Part shown: positions 61,233 to 64,000 of the stretch, piece after piece
Layout: each line of letters opens with the position of its first letter
How positions within the stretch are numbered: the first letter of the stretch is position 1
Source of the DNA: Macrostomum lignano
Lineage: Eukaryota
NCBI GenBank assembly: GCA_002269645.1
Contig: NIVC01001178.1
Location: 62,001 to 126,000 of the forward strand
Direction of reading: 5' to 3'
DNA length: 64,000 bases
The notes under the pieces: model-generated
Databases searched by the model: none
Seen by the model: only the letters and a program-made list of their open reading frames with translations
Told to the model about the DNA's origin: nothing
Program-made: the position numbers and the translations under genes

Positions 61233-62454
61233 TTTAAGATTAGAAATTCGCAATGATTTAGTGTGAAAGTACATAATTAGGACATTCAAACGCGTAAAAA
61301 ACTGTTTATGTAGAAAATTATTATGGCATCGGTTTCATATGGAACTAGTCACAACTTAAAGGTGTAATTAGGAATCAGAAATCCACTTAATGTTTGTCCG
61401 AAAATATTTGTTTTCTTCTTTCTGTTTACCTTTCTATTTCATTGAAAAACTTAGTAGATCACCTAAAATCCTAAAAAAGCAACAGAGAGAATGACAGCTA
61501 CTGTCAGCTACCTGCCAGCAATGAAAAACCACTTCCACAATCTACCTGTTTGAGGAATTCTAACCAGCCCTAAACTTTGAAAAATTTGGAATACATTTAT
61601 AAAAAACTCCTGTTTTCTGTCCCGTTGACCCCGTTAACGTTGTTCATCATTATAGTTTCACCCAAACTTTAGAGACTAGACTTCGCGGTCATAGGCCACA
61701 TGGTCACGTCTTAGAAAAGTTAGGTCGGTTTTTGCATGTTGATTTTGACATTTGATTATTTTTAAAGTATTTTTATCGCCGACTTAAGTATCGAGCATAA
61801 AACATGTGCTTAAAAGTGCAACATTTTTTAGCCCTTTCTTATTGTGTAAATAAGAAAATGCGCTGACACACCGAAACTGTTAAAGTAGCAATAATGTTTG
61901 TTTTTTTCTTTTATTCAGCTAATATTTACTTTTCTATGTTTACAAATCACAATTACGATTATATTTTTATTACGATATAATTACAAATTGTATTTTTAAT
62001 ATTTAAAAAAATTACTTCTAAATGGTGCTCTCTATAGCTACTCGGTGCCTACTTTTATGATCCGTTTTTTGTATCATTTCATTCACTTGCTCCATAATTC
62101 AGCAATTGTCAATGAATTTTAAGATAAAAAATAAATCCTAAGAACTCAGAGAATGACAAGAACTAAACTGAATTAAATAAATAAACAAAAATTAAAATTA
62201 AATGTAACTCTACATAGCGCCATCTTTTGCTATGGACTTGGACTTGGAACTTGGAAGCATTGTCACTGTAGCTATGTACAATATAATTTTTAATAAAATT
62301 GCGAGGTCGCATACTGGTCGCACAGAAGGTATATGGCGATGTAAACTCGTCGCCAAAAATTTGTATGTCGACGTCGCCCAGCGCGACAAACTTTATCAGT
62401 TTGCGACGTATTTTGGTGACGTGTAGTCGACGTGGGGACGACGAAACAGGTTAC

Positions 62455-62720
62455 CTGGGTACCCTGGACGACATCAACGACTGGTGCGACACGTGGAACA
62501 TGGATGCCCAAATACAGTTACACCACGTTCAGCCTCGCACCGTCAGAGACCAGAGCCAAGATGCCACTGCAGCTGAACATCCACAGCCAGACGCTCAGAT
62601 AAGACCCCAAGCCCACATTCCTAGGCATCAAGCTAGACGGTCAACCTACTTTTAGCGGCCACGCTAAGGACTTATGCCGACGCATGACTTCCAGAACGAC
62701 GATCGCTGTAGGCCTTACAG
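62455..62720 (+). mobile_element. Fragment of a non-LTR retrotransposon (LINE) RT C-terminus
   Basis: LDDINDWCDTWNM and PTFLGIKLDGQPTFSGHAKDLCRRMTSR (frameshifted). Confidence 0.6.
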
Positions 62721-63099
62721 GCGTTCTGCCTTCAACTATCCCCAAGAGTGTTTGCCTACTCCAAGGGCGCCTTGTCCACTAGAGACGTACTGGCGACCCT
62801 AAGGGCGTTATTCTACTGAAGGCGTTCTGCCAGCCCCAATAGATGTTTTCCCTGTAGGTTATAGGGTTCCCATGGAAATCCGTACGCTAACCAGGCAACT
62901 TTAGTCCGCTGTGAAAGCCCCTATAGACTGGAGAGATATTAAATTAAAAGCAGTGTCTTACAGCTCGGGAACTACACGCAACCAGGGTGACGTTGAACCG
63001 TCGAAGCTGCAATCGCCGGCCCTACAACAACCGCTTTAAAGTTTCGGCAAAATTTCTTTCGTTGAGTAGTTTTAGAAGCCGGAGGAGAAATCGAAAACA

Positions 63100-64000
63100 G
63101 GGATGACTCATCTGCGGTCTGATGTATCAACAGCTCGTAGGCAAGCTGTTGGTAAAGGACCGTCATAGTTTGACCTTCATGGACCTACGACTTCGTTTTA
63201 AAAGTACGCCAAAAACTATTGCAAACAGGCTATTGTCGAGCCTATTTCGAAATTGGAGCGTATCGTCATGCTCCGATTGAATGACAATAGACATCCTGGA
63301 GCCCAGAGTTATCAGCCACCGCAGCATGTCCTGAACTCCTGTCCTGTCCATAATCACAAGAACCGTAGGCCACTGAAGTGTTTTAGGTGTGGGGAGACAG
63401 ACCATCTGATCGCAGAGTGTTCCTATCCCAGAGAGCCAGGTGCCAGTGTGGCCCCATCGAAGTTCAGGGCCCCGCAGCCGTTCGTCGACCTAAAGGACAG
63501 AGGGAAGTCGAGCCCGAGACCGCCGAGAGAGAGGGGGTAGTGACCCACTGGAAGGGATCCTACGGGTTCGTCCGATCCTCCCAAATCGGAGATTCAGTTT
63601 TCGTGCACCTGTCCCAGCTAGTGCAGCCCCTGATGGACCTGGCCTTAAACCACCAGCTAGTGGGCACCTATGTGACCTTCGGCCGTGTTGCTGACGCTGG
63701 AAAGACAAGAGACCGGGCCATCAGCGTGACCGCAGATTCGGTAGACCCCAAGTGTGCGGGGGCCTCTTCCGACCTGCCCCACTACAAGGCGAGATTCTAT
63801 GTTCAGATCGAAGTCGGAAAGAGGAAGACCGTGGCCTCTCGAACTCAAAAAGCTTGCGGATTTTACCGAAGCCTGAAAAGTCTACTATGAAGTTTAAAGA
63901 AGCCTTTCAGCTGCATCGATTCGTGAGCTCTCAACAGCGCTAATTGACGAGGAGAGTTTCGACTTCATCTGCACCCGCAGTCTGACTCAGGATCATGTGG
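63100..64000 (+). pseudogene. Decayed gag-like CCHC knuckle, cold-shock domain and aspartic-protease-like relic; runs off the window
   Basis: KCFRCGETDHLIAEC; GVVTHWKGSYGFVRS...VFVHLSQL...VGTYVTF...AISV; CIDS*ALNS in the same frame at 63912-63938. Confidence 0.55.

Noticed and set aside
41922-62427. One 20-kb element bounded by ACTACAC / GTGTAGT
   Set aside because: Only a 7-bp match and no TSD.
63253-63890. Lin28 orthologue
   Set aside because: The domain order is reversed, there is only one knuckle, the two parts are in different frames, and a protease-like relic follows.

Overview
This is eukaryotic (metazoan) genomic DNA. Introns packed with minisatellites resemble a macrostomid flatworm such as Macrostomum, but that is inference only. 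The first 16.4 kb holds three spliced host genes on the minus strand: a single-pass tandem-C2 synaptotagmin-like protein (3 exons, 450 aa), a secreted PAN/apple plus C-type lectin protein (2 exons, 277 aa) and mitochondrial citrate synthase (6 exons, 461 aa). Every intron carries its own tandem repeat. The remaining ~47 kb is a transposon pile-up with several ends and target-site duplications (TSDs) readable by eye. It includes a MULE-like MITE, a hAT non-autonomous element containing a tRNA-derived SINE, and three diverged ~1-kb tandem units interrupted by a young full-length Ty3/Gypsy element (24299-34458). Further on are a USP protease relic and a CMC/EnSpm-type transposase split by a piggyBac with an intact ORF (39222-41756). 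A PIF/Harbinger element (48983-59448) is split by a second CMC/EnSpm element with two open ORFs (51427-58673). There are also two Gly-rich/CCHC genes, mariner and LINE relics, and a decayed gag-knuckle/cold-shock-domain/protease cassette at the right edge. The best candidates for novelty are the cold-shock domain in a retroelement-like gag-pro relic, the ~580-aa post-integrase extension of the Gypsy element, the CIDE-N-like accessory ORF of the inner CMC element, and the hairpin-rich ~1-kb units with tRNA-Leu primer-site-like motifs. All domain calls are from motif recognition by eye; no searches were run.
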